A stretch of DNA of 64,000 nucleotides from NCBI RefSeq assembly GCF_009914755.1, contig NC_060926.1. One strand, written 5' to 3'. The DNA comes from the human T2T-CHM13v2.0 reference genome, Homo sapiens. This document shows positions 51,535 through 64,000 of the stretch, piece after piece. A model generated the notes under the pieces. That model was not told the origin of the DNA and did no database searches. It saw only the letters and a program-made list of their open reading frames with translations. Numbering within the stretch: position 1 is the stretch's first letter; each line of letters starts with the position of its first letter. A program made the translations under genes and the position numbers.

Positions 51535-52109
51535 TCACCAGAAATCTGTTTTTATGAGTACCTTTTCTGAAATTGGGGGACATGTGTTACTTGTAAGACA
51601 TGAATCAGAGTAGAAATAGTAATAACCTAGGTCCCTAAGAAAAAGTAAGCATGTTCTGTTTCACATATTTACATAATAATCCAAAGCACAAGAATAAGAA
51701 AAAAAGAAAGAAAAGACTGATATCAATACCACTTCTACAGTGCACTTAGTAGCCAGAAATCTGCAACCTCCTATCAATCCCAGACGCTACTATCTTTTCC
51801 AGTCTTTAAGCTCCATCAACTAATTCAATAAGTTAAAAAATAATAATAGAACTGAAACCTCACTTCTCATGTCCTGATCCAAGCTAGCTAGGAACTTCTC
51901 ACCAAAATTTTAGCAGACCCAGATCAAAACTGAGATCACAAGACTTTATATATGCCCAATACATAGTACTTCAGCAGGTAAAAAAAACAACAGAGTAGCA
52001 TTACAAAGAATAGTTGTAAAGGCAATATGAAAAAACTCAGGCTTTGCAAACAAAACAAAGTAAATACTACAAGTAAGTCATAACATTCAACAACATTGTA
52101 CAATCAATT

Positions 52110-53005
52110 TTATAGGTTAAGCACAGAATTACCACGCCACCCAGCAATTCTTTCACAGGTTTATAAAGCCAAGAGAAATGAAAACATATCCATACAAAAA
52201 CTTTCACATAAATGTTTATAGCAACATTATTCATAATAGGCAAAAAAGTAGAAACAATCCAAACATCCATCAACTCATGAATGAATAAAATGTGGTATAT
52301 CCACACAACGGAGTATTATTTGGCAATAAAAAGAAATGAAGATTGGGCACAGCAGCTTACAGCTGTAATCTCAGCACTTTGGGAGGTCAAAGTGGGAGGA
52401 CTGCTCAAGCCCAGGAGTTTGAGACCTACCTGGGCAACATAGCCAGACCACATCTGGATAAAAAATTAAAAAAAATTTTTAAAAATAGCTGAGCATGGTG
52501 GTGCGCACCTGTGGCCCTAGCTACTTAGGAGGCTAAGATGAGAACATCATTTTGGTCTAGGAGTTCGGTGTTACAGTGAGCTATGATGGCGCCACTGCAT
52601 TCTACCCTGGGTGACAGAGTGAAACCCTGTCTCTTAAAACAAAAACAAAATACTGATACATGCTACAACTTGGATAAACCTTGAAAATATTACGTTAAAT
52701 GACAGAAACCAGTCACAGAAGACCACATATTACATTATTCCTGATGAAATCTTCAGAATAGGCACAGAGACAGAAAAAGTACATCAGTGGTTGCCTTAGG
52801 GCAGGGGTGTTGGCAGGAAATCAGGGGTGACTGCTAATGGGCACAAAGTTTCTTTGGGTGGTGATGAAAATGTTCTAAAATTAACTGTGGTACTGGATGC
52901 ACAACTCTGTGAATGTACTTAAAAAACACTGAAACTGTACACTTTGAATGGGTGAATTATATGGTATGTGAATTATACCTCAATAAAACTATTATTAAAA
53001 ATATC
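52110..53005 (+). mobile_element. L1MB/ME 3' end interrupted by an AluJ (52341-52650)
   Basis: L1M 3' UTR motifs on both sides of the Alu. Confidence 0.8.
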
Positions 53006-53527
53006 GATTTTGTGCTTCAAAAGTTAGAAAGAGAAGTAAAACTATCAAAAAACAAAAAACAACAGGATGATAATAAACAGTTTGCCCGGCATATCAAGAA
53101 CAGCAGATGCTTAATTGGTCTGCTGACAACAGACAATTTTACTGTTGTTTCACCAGATACTTCTAATTCTAAGGAAAGACCTAATATTAAGGAACGATGC
53201 ATATTCTCACATATAAGTTTACACACAAACACATGTGTAAACTAAGCTTCAAAGATTCTCTGAAGAGCTCATGTCAGAAATTTTATGAGCTGTAAGAAAA
53301 AGAAGTGTATATAAAATTAATTTAAGACAGATTTTCATAACAAAATCTCTCTTTTAGAGTGAGTATATAATCTCTCAGATGAGGTAGCCAATTAATGTCA
53401 GTAACTAAAAAAGAGTTCTCCACACAAACAAAAGTGTTAAGAAGTGCAAGTTTTGAATCACCTATTTTGCAATCAGGAACTAATTATAATGCTTTAATAT
53501 ATTGATATATTATAAAACAATATTTCT

Positions 53528-53655
53528 GGCTGCGCACAGCAGCTCATGTCTGTAATTCCAGCACTTTAAGAGGTCGAAGCAGAAGGATCCCTTGAGCCCA
53601 GGAGTTCAAGACCAGCCTGGACAACATAGTGAGATCTCGTCTCTACAAAAACAAT
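53528..53655 (+). mobile_element. FLAM / Alu left monomer
   Basis: About 130-nt monomer. Confidence 0.85.
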
Positions 53656-53884
53656 CTTTTATGAAACCTCTACTAACCTGTACTCCCCAAAAACAGACTT
53701 GATTTTGTTTAAAAAAATGCCTTAAAAAGCACTTTATCTGACTTATTTGTATTAGTTCTTACTAGCATTTTCTTTCTACATGGAAGCGTTTTTAAGCAAA
53801 AGTATCAACAGGCTAAATACAAATCTTCAATGAACATACATGATTTGAGAAAACAAAAAGGTGACAATGTATCTTTTTATTTTT

Positions 53885-53993
53885 AAACCAGTCAAGTGCA
53901 GTAGTGAGAAGGGGGCAAAGAGTAGAACAAGGAGCTGGATCTGTAACTGACGCAGAACAATCAATTGAGATAACTCACTATTTTTGGACCAGC
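53885..53993 (-). pseudogene. Full-length Y1 RNA (RNY1-like) retropseudogene with A-rich tail and 16-nt TSD
   Basis: Minus strand GCTGGTCCAAAAATAGTGAGTTATCTCAATTGATTGTTC...CTCACTACTGCACTTGACTGGTTT closely matches hY1. TSD copies: tgacaatgtatctttt (53862-53877) and tgacgatatatctttt (53994-54009). Confidence 0.93.
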
Positions 53994-54828
53994 TGACGAT
54001 ATATCTTTTCAACAGAGCTTCTCAAAATTATGAAGATCATATGTGAGAGGAAATTTCTAAACTAAATTTGTATGTAAAGCAAAAGAGGCAGCAAAGATAG
54101 TAACAAGAAAATATCAGAGAAAAAAATAAAAAGAGAAGACAGGCAGAAAGATTCTGAGTCAAAATTTATATAAAAATGCCACACTGAGGCAAAAAATAAC
54201 TCTAATTTCCCAAAAGTAGTTATTCATAGAAATTACTATAAAGATATGTAAACATATCAGGAAGATTCTGAATATGACCATTCTTCAGTATACTAAGAAA
54301 AAACTTTCCCATATGAAAAGTAATATGGAGATAATAAAGACCCTAACACAATCATTTACTTGTACTATTTAATCTTTAGAAATCATTGTCAATTATGAAA
54401 ATACTAGAAAAACAAACACATTTTAAAACTAAATACAGCTAACTACTTAAAACAACAGAAGCTCTATGCAGACATTTACTAACTTCAACAGGAAGTTTAT
54501 GACTATAAGAAACAAAAATATCCCAAGTATCCACACAAGAATTTGGAATATATACATATCTATTACCTTACTCTTGTTGCAATTTGAAAGGGAATAAATA
54601 TATAGTAATCTAAGATCTTTGCTGTAATAAAGTGGCAATGTCGTTAAGAGTTATTTTTTTCCGGTCTCGGACATAAGAATATTGTCTCAAAAAAACCCTT
54701 AAGGTATATAATCTGTATATCAAAATGTTAAAAATTAGGTAAATAAGAGCTACTATAAGCACTGTGTTGACCACTGTTTCTCTAAAAGATGCTTAAAATT
54801 AAGCAATAGAAAAATTTAGATAACTTAC

Positions 54829-54939
54829 ATTGTTGTTGCGGGTTTCTACAGCAGGGAATTTTCTGACTATGAATTTCACAGCAGATTCCAGGTTTTTGTC
54901 GATAAGATAGGATGGTTTTGCCTTGGGGTCTCCACATGC
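54829..54939 (-). CDS. NCKAP1: NCKAP1 exon 2 (111 nt) [37 protein letters not shown]
   Basis: ttttatag|GCA...AAT|gtaagt; translation matches the NCKAP1 N-terminus. Confidence 0.97.
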
Positions 54940-56000
54940 CTATAAAACAACAGTAATAAAAAAAAGTGAAATGCACCCTTCTTCTAAAATCAAAAATAGC
55001 AAATCTGCAATTAGAAATTAAAGAGATATTTATTGTTTTTGGTGAGCAGGTGATAAAATGAATAGGCAAAGTGCAGGGATTGTCACAGCTGAAATATGCA
55101 ATGGGAGACAGTACAGAGATGTTCTTCTACTGAAAAAAATGCATGGAAAGTTTCGAAGCAGTTAGCGCAGAACAGCAGTGAAGGAAAAAGCTCAAACCTA
55201 AAAAAAAGAAAAAGAAAAAAAATTCTTGGTTTGAGGTAGGATTGTATTCATCTGAAGCTAATAAAATATTACAAAATTAAATATTCAGTAGAGTACTAGA
55301 CATGTTTCTTTCTAAGTGTTATAAAATAAAAGCTTATGTTTAAATGTCTTTTCCAAAATGTTTTCCTCATTCACTTTAAACATTTTAATACAAGAGCCCT
55401 AGTTCAAAAGAACTGGAAGCTGCTAAAATTGTCTTTATAGTGCTAAGGTGTGTTGTCTTATTCTCTGAACATCTGAGTTACAACACTGTTTTCCATCATA
55501 CCAGCAGCACTTCAAACAATGAATCTACATCTGTTCTATATATCATAAGCACAGAACAAATGGATATGTTTACGTTTTGACCGTATCAGCAGTACAGCAT
55601 TCTCTGCAGTAAACTGTAAGGCACTATACAAATGTAAGGTATTATTATTAGAAAGAACTTTCTACCTGAACTATTACAATACAGAATATAATCTTGAATA
55701 CTGTTCCTGTTTTATTACGTGACATTAAATTAACTGCTTGCTAGCGAGATGTTATTCCTTAGGGAATTACTAAAATTATAACATTTCTATTTAACTTCTT
55801 TTTATTGCATTTTGAAAAGGATGTGTCCTTTGGAAAGTTACATCTGTCTGCCATGTGTGAGGAAATACACTACTGCAATTTTATAGTTTTCCATTGTTTA
55901 CTATGGCTATGTTGTGGATTGCAGAAAGAGAAGTTATGAAACATGAAACTGATCTGAAAGCGGGCAAGCGGGCAGAGGGAAGGTGAAAAGCTTTGCAAAC

Positions 56001-56018
56001 CTTCCAAACTTGTCCTTG
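56001..56018 (-). CDS. NCKAP1: NCKAP1 alternative 18-nt microexon (QGQVWK) in intron 1
   Basis: Minus strand reads ...ttttctctcttttattacaatgcttccccag|CAA GGA CAA GTT TGG AAG|gtttgc, in phase 0-0. It matches the 6-aa insert I recall for the longer NCKAP1 isoform. Confidence 0.9.
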
Positions 56019-57186
56019 CTGGGGAAGCATTGTAATAAAAAGAGAGAAAATTACGTGTAAACAATGATTGTCAAACTATGATATACGTTTCAGAAGAAAA
56101 CTTATGCACTGCAGACTATGAATAACAGAACAAGATTAGAATTATATGGTGCTACAATTTTAAAGGTATTCTAAGTAGCGAGTTTTAGTATAAAATAAAT
56201 TTATAGAGTTTATACTGTTCATATAAACACTACTGTGTACGTGTACAATCAGGTCAGTTTCTTGGTGCTCTTTCTAAACCAACTTAAAATAATACTAGAA
56301 AGAAGGAAAATAAAGACTACATGCAGCTATAAAAACAGGAGCAAAACCATCAGTGAAATTTTACATACCTTAAAAAGAAACGGTAGCCGAGAATAAAAAT
56401 AAATTGTTATTGGATGACTTTTGTATTTCAGCTCAAATTGTAACTATTTTTCAAACATCACCTAACTTCCTACCATGCCAAAGTATAAAAATCAATGTTA
56501 ACATTCCTATATTTTCCAAATGGAAATAGGAATGCAGTAAGAAATCTCTTAATTCTCAAATATAATTAAATAAAACAAAATCTTAAGAAATTTAGAACTT
56601 CATAATCTTTAGCCAGACTGACATTACTACTATGTAAATTCCATTTCAACATCATAAATATTAAAATATATCCAACTTTCTTTGAGTAGACTATCATTTC
56701 TTTAAAATATTCTTAAAATCTTCCAATTTATATTCTTCTCCCCAAATATAATAGCTAAGAATAATAATCACATACTAAAAATTTGCCCAAACACAAATAG
56801 CTATAGATTAGCATTGCCTTACATAATCACATAATAAAAATCAAGTGTCATAAACATGCTTGAGGTAGTGCAAAATCCTAAAGTGATTCCAAATTATGTT
56901 CAGTTTTTTCATATGTGTTGTCTTTCATATTCTAACTATTGAAAAATTTAGCTATCCATTCCTCTATTAGGGACTATCACATATAATGAAAATGACAGAT
57001 CACCATATCCATTTCCCACAACCACAAATTTTACTGTTTAAGAATGTAAACATATAAACAACTTCGTTGGTTGATAACCAAACAAGTATGTGTGTGCGTA
57101 TGTGTGTATACACACATACACATATATAAATGAGCAGCTCTTCCTTCTTACACTGAAAACAGAAAGAACAGAATTTCATTTTGTCC

Positions 57187-57545
57187 AAGTCCAGTGGCTC
57201 ACGCCTGTAATTCCAGAAATGGGGGCTAAGGGGCTTGAGCCAGAAGTTGGAGACCAGCCTGGACAACATAGCATGACCCTGTCTCTACAAAAAAATGTTT
57301 TAAATTAGCTTGTAGAGAAGTAAGCTCAGGGCTTTAAGAGAAAAAAAAATTATAAGGGTGTGGTGGTGCACAACTGTACTCCTAGCTACTTGGGAAGCTG
57401 AGGGAGAAGATCACTTGAGATCAGGAATTCAAGGCTACAGAGCTGTAATCACACCACTGTACCGCAGCCTGAGCCACAGAGTGAAGCTCTGTCTCTTAAA
57501 ACTAAAAACTAAAAAAAAAAAAAAAAAATTCAGAAAAAAATAAAG
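57187..57545 (+). mobile_element. Degenerate AluJ with a ~48-nt non-Alu insert between the arms
   Basis: Left arm to ~57309, right arm from ~57356. Confidence 0.8.
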
Positions 57546-57626
57546 GACTATATAATCTGCTTTCCCTGGAATTGATTTACCTTTTCCACACTGCTCAGTG
57601 GACCTTATCTAACATACTTAATTGGG

Positions 57627-57890
57627 AGGCAGTATGTCTCAAAGGTTAAAAACAAATATTCTGGAATAAAACTGGCTGAGTTTCAATTTTCATGACTTAC
57701 TAGCCATGGGACCTGGAATATATTACAAAATATCTCCTAACCTATGTTTCTTCGTCTGTAAAATGGGGAAATTAGTACTTACCTCACAGGGTTATTATAA
57801 GGATTAGAAGAGAGATAAAGAAACCATGTAAAGCATTTAGCAAAATGATAAGCACATAAGTGCTCTAAAAATGCTAGCTGCTTTTTAATA
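57627..57890 (+). mobile_element. MIR
   Basis: Core ctgtaaaatgggg...tacctcacagggtt. Confidence 0.75.
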
Positions 57891-58596
57891 ATAGCTATAA
57901 TGATGATAATAATTATCCAAGTCTAATATGAATAGTAATCATAGTAACAGTCTTTATCATAATATATATATACAACTAGCAAGTTAGTGTTAACTTCCTT
58001 ATGCAACTATTAAATACAATCCCCTCTCTCAATCAAATATTTCCTTTATTCACTTTAAGCCTAAATATCTAAATACAGCCTAAATACAGCCTAAAGTCTA
58101 CATTTGCTGTAACTGTACAGAGTTTAACCTAATTGTTAAGAACCTGAGTTTCAAGACAGGCTGTCCATGTTTAAAATCTTGGCACCATCACTTAGCTGTG
58201 TACCCATGAGCAAGTCATTCTATCTGTGCCTCAGTTTCTTCAACTGTTAAACAGATAATAATTACAACCTATGCTAAAAAGTTTTTATGTTCACTACATG
58301 AAAGTGTTACCTGTAGACTTTACGAGAGTATTTGGCATACCAAGAGCTCCCAAAAAATGCCAATTAAAAATAAGAGGTTAATACATACAGAAGTACTAGG
58401 CCCCATCTTATCTTTTTTCTAAAATCCACTTACTTGATTTATTTGCTTAATAACAAGAGAGACACTTGTATGGGGAATACTTAGGCAAAAAAGAAGAAGT
58501 CTATGAAAAAAATAAACTGACATGACTAAAAGTTATCAGCTAGGTAAAATATATCCTGGCAAAGAACCATAACAAATAATTCAGGTAAGAAGGCTG

Positions 58597-58735
58597 ATTG
58601 GGCATGGTGGCTCACAACTGTAATCCTGGCACTTTGGGAGGCTTAGGTGGGAGGATCACTTGAGGACAGAAACTAGAGACCGGCCTGGGCAACATAGCAA
58701 GATCCTATCTCTACAAAAAAATTTTTAAAAAAACT
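58597..58735 (+). mobile_element. FLAM / Alu left monomer
   Basis: Monomer with an A-rich end. Confidence 0.82.
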
Positions 58736-59854
58736 TTAAGGTTTCCTACCATACTAAAACAGTATAGAAAATTCCAAATAACCAGAAGTTATAGTTTATA
58801 AAAATTCATCTTATTCCCCACCCAAACTCAAAAAACTTTCATTTTGAGGATAAGAAAATCACAACTTGCATTTTCAGAAAACAGCCTGCTATTGGTATAC
58901 TTGAAATCATATATCTTTCTATTACATCTACAATATTACACAAAATTAATCCTTAACTCAAAGTTATCACCTTTTGAAGTATCAAATTTTTAAAAACTAA
59001 ATACACAATTAAACTTAGTTATCAAAACATTTTAGACTAATATATTTCAGAAAGGCTTACCAGAAAGACGTAATCAAAAGATTTAACAAATTACCAATTC
59101 AATTAAACATTTGAGCACTTCTATCCCCCATACTCCCAAAAATAGAAAAAAAGGAAAGGTGAATACAGTGTAAAATGATGTCTAAATCCCTGAATTTTAT
59201 AGCCCTACCAAAAAAAAAACTTTTTCAGAGAATTGACTAAAAGAGGTATTTCACTACACAGAAAGAAAACTATGCATAAAGTACAGAATTGAAAAAACAA
59301 AAACTCCCCCAAGTACCCTGTTTTACTTTATCTTGAGTCAGCATATTTTCATAAAACATAAAATACTATAATTTCAAATTTCAGAAGATCTAAAATAAAT
59401 TTAAATATTTATATACTTAAATTTCCAGTTCTCAGAATTGGAACTTTATTCTCCATGAATATTCTAATTATAATATTTTAAAAGTCAGGATTATTTTATG
59501 TGACAGATAAAATTACAGTGATGTTAAAGGATACACTTAAACATAGTAATTAAAACCCTTGTCTCTTGGGTCAAGTGCATAATAGCCTATATGACCTTAG
59601 GCAAGTTGCCTAACCTCTCAGCCTCAGTTACCTAACCCATAAATTGAGGATATTATTACTACCTACTGCATAGGGTACACTGTTAAAATATTTAAAAGAT
59701 AAGATACACATAAACTGTTTATTTAGGTGCCTGGCACATATGTAGTTAATAAATAAGTTCCAAATATTTTTTTAAATAAAACTTCTTTATATACATGGAT
59801 ACACATAGTGAGTTCTCAATTATGGAAACAAGATTTTCCATAAAAACAATTCTA

Positions 59855-60174
<320 letters not shown>

Positions 60175-60565
60175 TCAATTCAATATCTCTAAGTTCCTTT
60201 TAAAACACAAATCTGATGTTATCAGTAAAAATGAAGGACAAGGATGTTTCAGAAAACTACACAATATATTATCCGGGCCACAAAAGAAACATCTTTGATT
60301 AGAAACATCAAGCCTAGACCCTATGCCATTTTAAAGTATGACTTTAAAACACATCTTTCTGCCACTCTACCACAAACCCCCATACTGAGGCCTTTCCTCA
60401 AGCTATTACAGCATAGGATTACATACCACAGCTTAACTTTACATGGTTAATGTTACTATTTTTCCAAGAACTTACCATGATGCCAAAAAAAAAAAATACA
60501 GATTTTTAAAATTCCTCTATCTATTCACAAGAGATTAAGCAACAATCAAGACACCAAAAAAAAAA

Positions 60566-60890
60566 GACTGCTCAGTAGCTCACACCTGCAATCCCAGCAC
60601 TTGCGGAGGCCAAGGCAGGAGAATTGCTGGAGCCCACAAGTTTGAGACCACCTTGGGCAAGAGGGAGACCCTGTCTCTACAAAATGTTTAAAAATTAGCC
60701 AAACGTGGTGGTAAATATCTGTGGTCCCAGCTACCTGGGAGGCTAAGATGGAAGGACTGCTTGAGCCAGGGAGGTTGAGTCTACAGTGAGCCCTGTTCAC
60801 AACCACTGCAAACTCCAGCCTAGGCAAGAGTGAGACCCTGACTCGAAAAAAAAAAAAAAAAAAAGAGAGAGAAGGAAAAAAAACAACAAA
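60566..60890 (+). mobile_element. AluJ
   Basis: Diverged dimer; flanking aacaatcaagacac/aataatcaagatac. Confidence 0.87.
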
Positions 60891-61220
60891 ATAATCAAGA
60901 TACAAAAGATGTTGGAAGTAAAAAGAACATTTACTGTGCAATTATTGTGTGCAAAACACCTATGCTTTAGAAATTATCTAAATTATCACTCAACAGAAAG
61001 GAAAGGAGCTTCTGAAAAATTAAGTAACTTGATCAAGATTTCACAACTACTGACAGGACCTACAGAGAAATTCATACCTGATTCCAAAACACTATCTAAA
61101 AATATATGTCCCCTCCCAAAAATAATGTTTAAAAACATGCTCCACTTATTCAAAACCTCCGCTGCTTAAAACCTCAGGAAGCAGTTGCTATCACGGTAAA
61201 AATCTGATCAGTTCAATCCA

Positions 61221-61352
61221 TTTTATTTTTTTGAGACAGCATCTTGCTATATTGCCCAGGCTGGACTTGAACTCCTGGTCTCAAGAGATCCTTCTGCCTC
61301 AGCCTCCTAAGTACCTGGGATTACAAGCACGCACTACTACTGTGCCTAGCTT
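61221..61352 (-). mobile_element. FLAM monomer
   Basis: Poly(T) followed by gagacagcatcttgctatattgcccaggctgg. Confidence 0.82.
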
Positions 61353-63386
61353 CAGTTTTATTTTTTAATTTCTATTCTAACTCAGGAATAAAACACATTC
61401 CTTTGCTAAAATATGGAAGAACAATTATTTTCTAGTACAATAATTGGAAAAATGCCAAAATAGGGAAGAACAAAATGATTTTCTAGTACAATGAATTAAC
61501 TGAAAAAATATGAACAAGATCTCAGGAGTCAGAGTGAGAATGCTATTCGTGAGGGCACAGAAACCAGCCCCATCTGAATAATGTCAAGGATGAGGAGAAA
61601 AATACAAAATGTGGCCAATTTAGACTCGAAAGAGGAATTTGACTTAATAACCAAGAAACACCACACGTTTTGCAAAATTGAAGGAATAAAGGGACAAAGA
61701 TTCTTCCCTGAGTTTTCAACAAATTGAAATTAATACCTAGAGGAAGAATAGACGTTACCTGAAATTATGGAATGTAAAAGTAATATATACCTATGATTAT
61801 TTTATGTTCCAATTTTTTAAATAATGAAAATATTACAGTATGAAAATTGTCCATAAGTACTGGAAAACTTTATATCAAGAGCAAAATAAGACTCAAATTC
61901 ATCAGTAGTTAGCTTTCCGATTATTTTTTTCCTCCTGTGTTATGATGTATATTTTGGCCAACCGATCTGCTTTAAGTTAGCACTTTCCCTCTTAGGTAGG
62001 TAAAAAGAAAAGAGAGCAATCTACTGCTAGTAACTTGGATTAAGAGGCTTGATAACAAAGTATACTGAAATTATTGGAAATGCTTTCAAATTAATGTAAT
62101 TTTATCAATAACTACCTCTTAATTGGAGCCAATAATTGAGATCTAAAAATATAGAAATCACAGTTATTGTCCTTTAGACACAAGTTCTGAGAAAGTCATG
62201 AACTTGAAAAACTTCAACCCATTATACACTTCAAAATTAGTGATTCAAAAAAAAGAAAAAAATTTAGTGATTCAAATGAGTTATTAATTACCATTCCATT
62301 TACAAGAAGATATATATGTCACTGTTGCCTTTAAACAGTTTTCAGCTTCCAATATACAGGATCATCTCAGTTTATGAAGCAAAGGTGTTTTTGCAGTTTT
62401 TTAAAGTATATATATTGTCATACCTTTGCGGTTAAAAAGAAATTGTTATTTAAAGGACTACTGTGGAACACATACTTCTGAAATACAAATAATTATTCTG
62501 TCTTAGCAGTAAGTAGATGTCAAACTGTATCAGGCAGTAAAATAGAATAGTGAGGAATGTTTCCTAAAAGGTAGTCTTGAGCTTAATTTAATCTGGGGGT
62601 GGGGGGGAATGAACATTTATTAAGTGTCCACTATGTTCCAAGCCCCAGAAATAGAACTAGTAACAACAGCCACCATTTCCTCAGCTCTTACGCTTGCTAC
62701 AAGGCACTGTACCAATACTTCCTATGGATTCACTCATTTAATTCTCCTCTTAACCTATGAGGTTAATAAAAGCGTATTCCAAAAACGTGAGATAACTGGA
62801 ATATCTATTTAAGATTACAAGAGTTAGAATCAATAAGACTAGCAAGGCTTAGAAAGCCAAAAAATACAGCTTGAAGCATAACAGAAGCTGAGAGCAAATA
62901 AGTACCATGGAGCTGGTTTTGCTAGTAGACAGCCAATGTGCAGCCTTCCAGAAATTTAGTTATAACCCAGACAACTAAATTAAATCACCACAGTTAATAA
63001 TTAGCAGGAAAAGAAATTACAGGTATTTAAGAATTTACATTTCAGTTATTTCAGTAGTTAACATTGGAACAATTTCAGGGATTTTTTTCTGTTCAAGTTA
63101 AGTTTGGGTCAGGATCCAGATGTATGGAATTTGGAAAAACCTTCCAAGAGGATTCTATTATGTATCCCTGGCTAGGAACCACTGATCTCCTCACTTTGTA
63201 AGTAACCTACAGCCCAGAAATGTTAAATAACTTGTTCAAACTAAAAAAAAAGTATCAGAGCATTATCTAGAATCTAGCTCTCTCAACTCACAGAATATTC
63301 TGCAAGTACGGAAAATGTTTAGAAAATAAGTGAAGTTTAGAGGTTATATGCCTGCAAGAAGAGCATTACTATTTTATACTCTAACA

Positions 63387-63699
63387 CAGTCATGCATTGC
63401 TTAATGTCATCAGATGATTTCATCATTGTGTGAACATCAGAGCGTACTTACATAAACCTAGATGGTATAGCCTACTATACACCCAGGGTACATGGGATAT
63501 AGCCTACTGCTTTCATGCTACAAACCCGTACAATGAGAATACTGCAGGCAATTGCAACATAATGGTATGTATTTTTGTATCTAAATGTATCTAAACATAA
63601 AAAAAAACAGTAAGAATACAGTGTTATCTTATGGGACTACTGTGTATAGGCAGTCCATCATTTCAGTGTTATGTGAAATATCATTATGCAGAATGACTG
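63387..63699. mobile_element. Tigger3/MER7-like DNA transposon fossil
   Basis: TIRs cagtcatgcat / atgcagaatgactg; internal aacctagatggtatagcctac. Confidence 0.82.
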
Positions 63700-63716
63700 T
63701 ATTTTGTTATCTTTAT

Positions 63717-64000
63717 ACAGATGCTCCTCAACTTAACAATAGGGTTACATTCCAATAAACCTATCTTTAATTGAAAATATCATAAATCAGCCAGGTGCGG
63801 TAGCTTACACCTGTAATCCCAGTACTTTGGCAGGCTGAAGCGAGTGGATTGCTCGACCCCAGGAGACAGAGACCAGCCTGGGCAACACGGTGAAACCCCA
63901 ACTCTATCAAAAAAAATACAAAAATTAGCCTGGCATGGTGGCATGTGCCTATAGTCCCAGCTACTCAGAAGGCTGAGGTGGGAGGATCGCCTGAGCCAGG
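63717..64000 (+). mobile_element. MER47-like start (63717-63788) interrupted by an Alu (63789 to window end)
   Basis: cagatgctcctcaactta followed by Alu sequence that is cut off by the window edge. Confidence 0.8.

Noticed and set aside
61415-61497. Degenerate ~49-nt-period direct repeat (also small duplications near 10.5, 21.1, 26.4, 27.2 and 58.1 kb)
   Set aside because: These are ordinary slippage duplications with no further structure.

Overview
This is AT-rich human genomic DNA, identified by dense Alu/L1 repeats and a near-consensus AluYa5. It contains the 5' half of NCKAP1 (Nck-associated protein 1/NAP1, a WAVE regulatory complex subunit) on the minus strand. I located 14 consecutive coding exons (exons 2-15) with GT-AG boundaries; together they span 1374 nt, or 458 codons, approximately aa 37-494 of the protein as I recall it. 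There is also an 18-nt alternative microexon (QGQVWK) in intron 1. Exon 1 lies beyond the right edge and exon 16 onward beyond the left edge. The introns hold about 30 Alus (roughly 80% antisense to the gene), two large L1s (one with a twin-priming 5' inversion), L2/MIR/MLT1 relics, DNA-transposon fossils and a full-length Y1-RNA retropseudogene. Almost all ORFs in the supplied track are Alu/L1/low-complexity artefacts. I found no evidence for a wholly new multi-gene system. The best leads concern splicing: microexon cis-elements, a possible AG|GT recursive site, an in-frame alternative donor after exon 9, an 83-nt stop-containing intron, a candidate poison exon and inverted Alus around exons 7-8. 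Others concern retrotransposition or repair scars, namely orphan poly(A) insertions and a 25-nt templated copy. Repeat subfamily names come from recalled consensus sequences, and the boundaries of old repeats are approximate.
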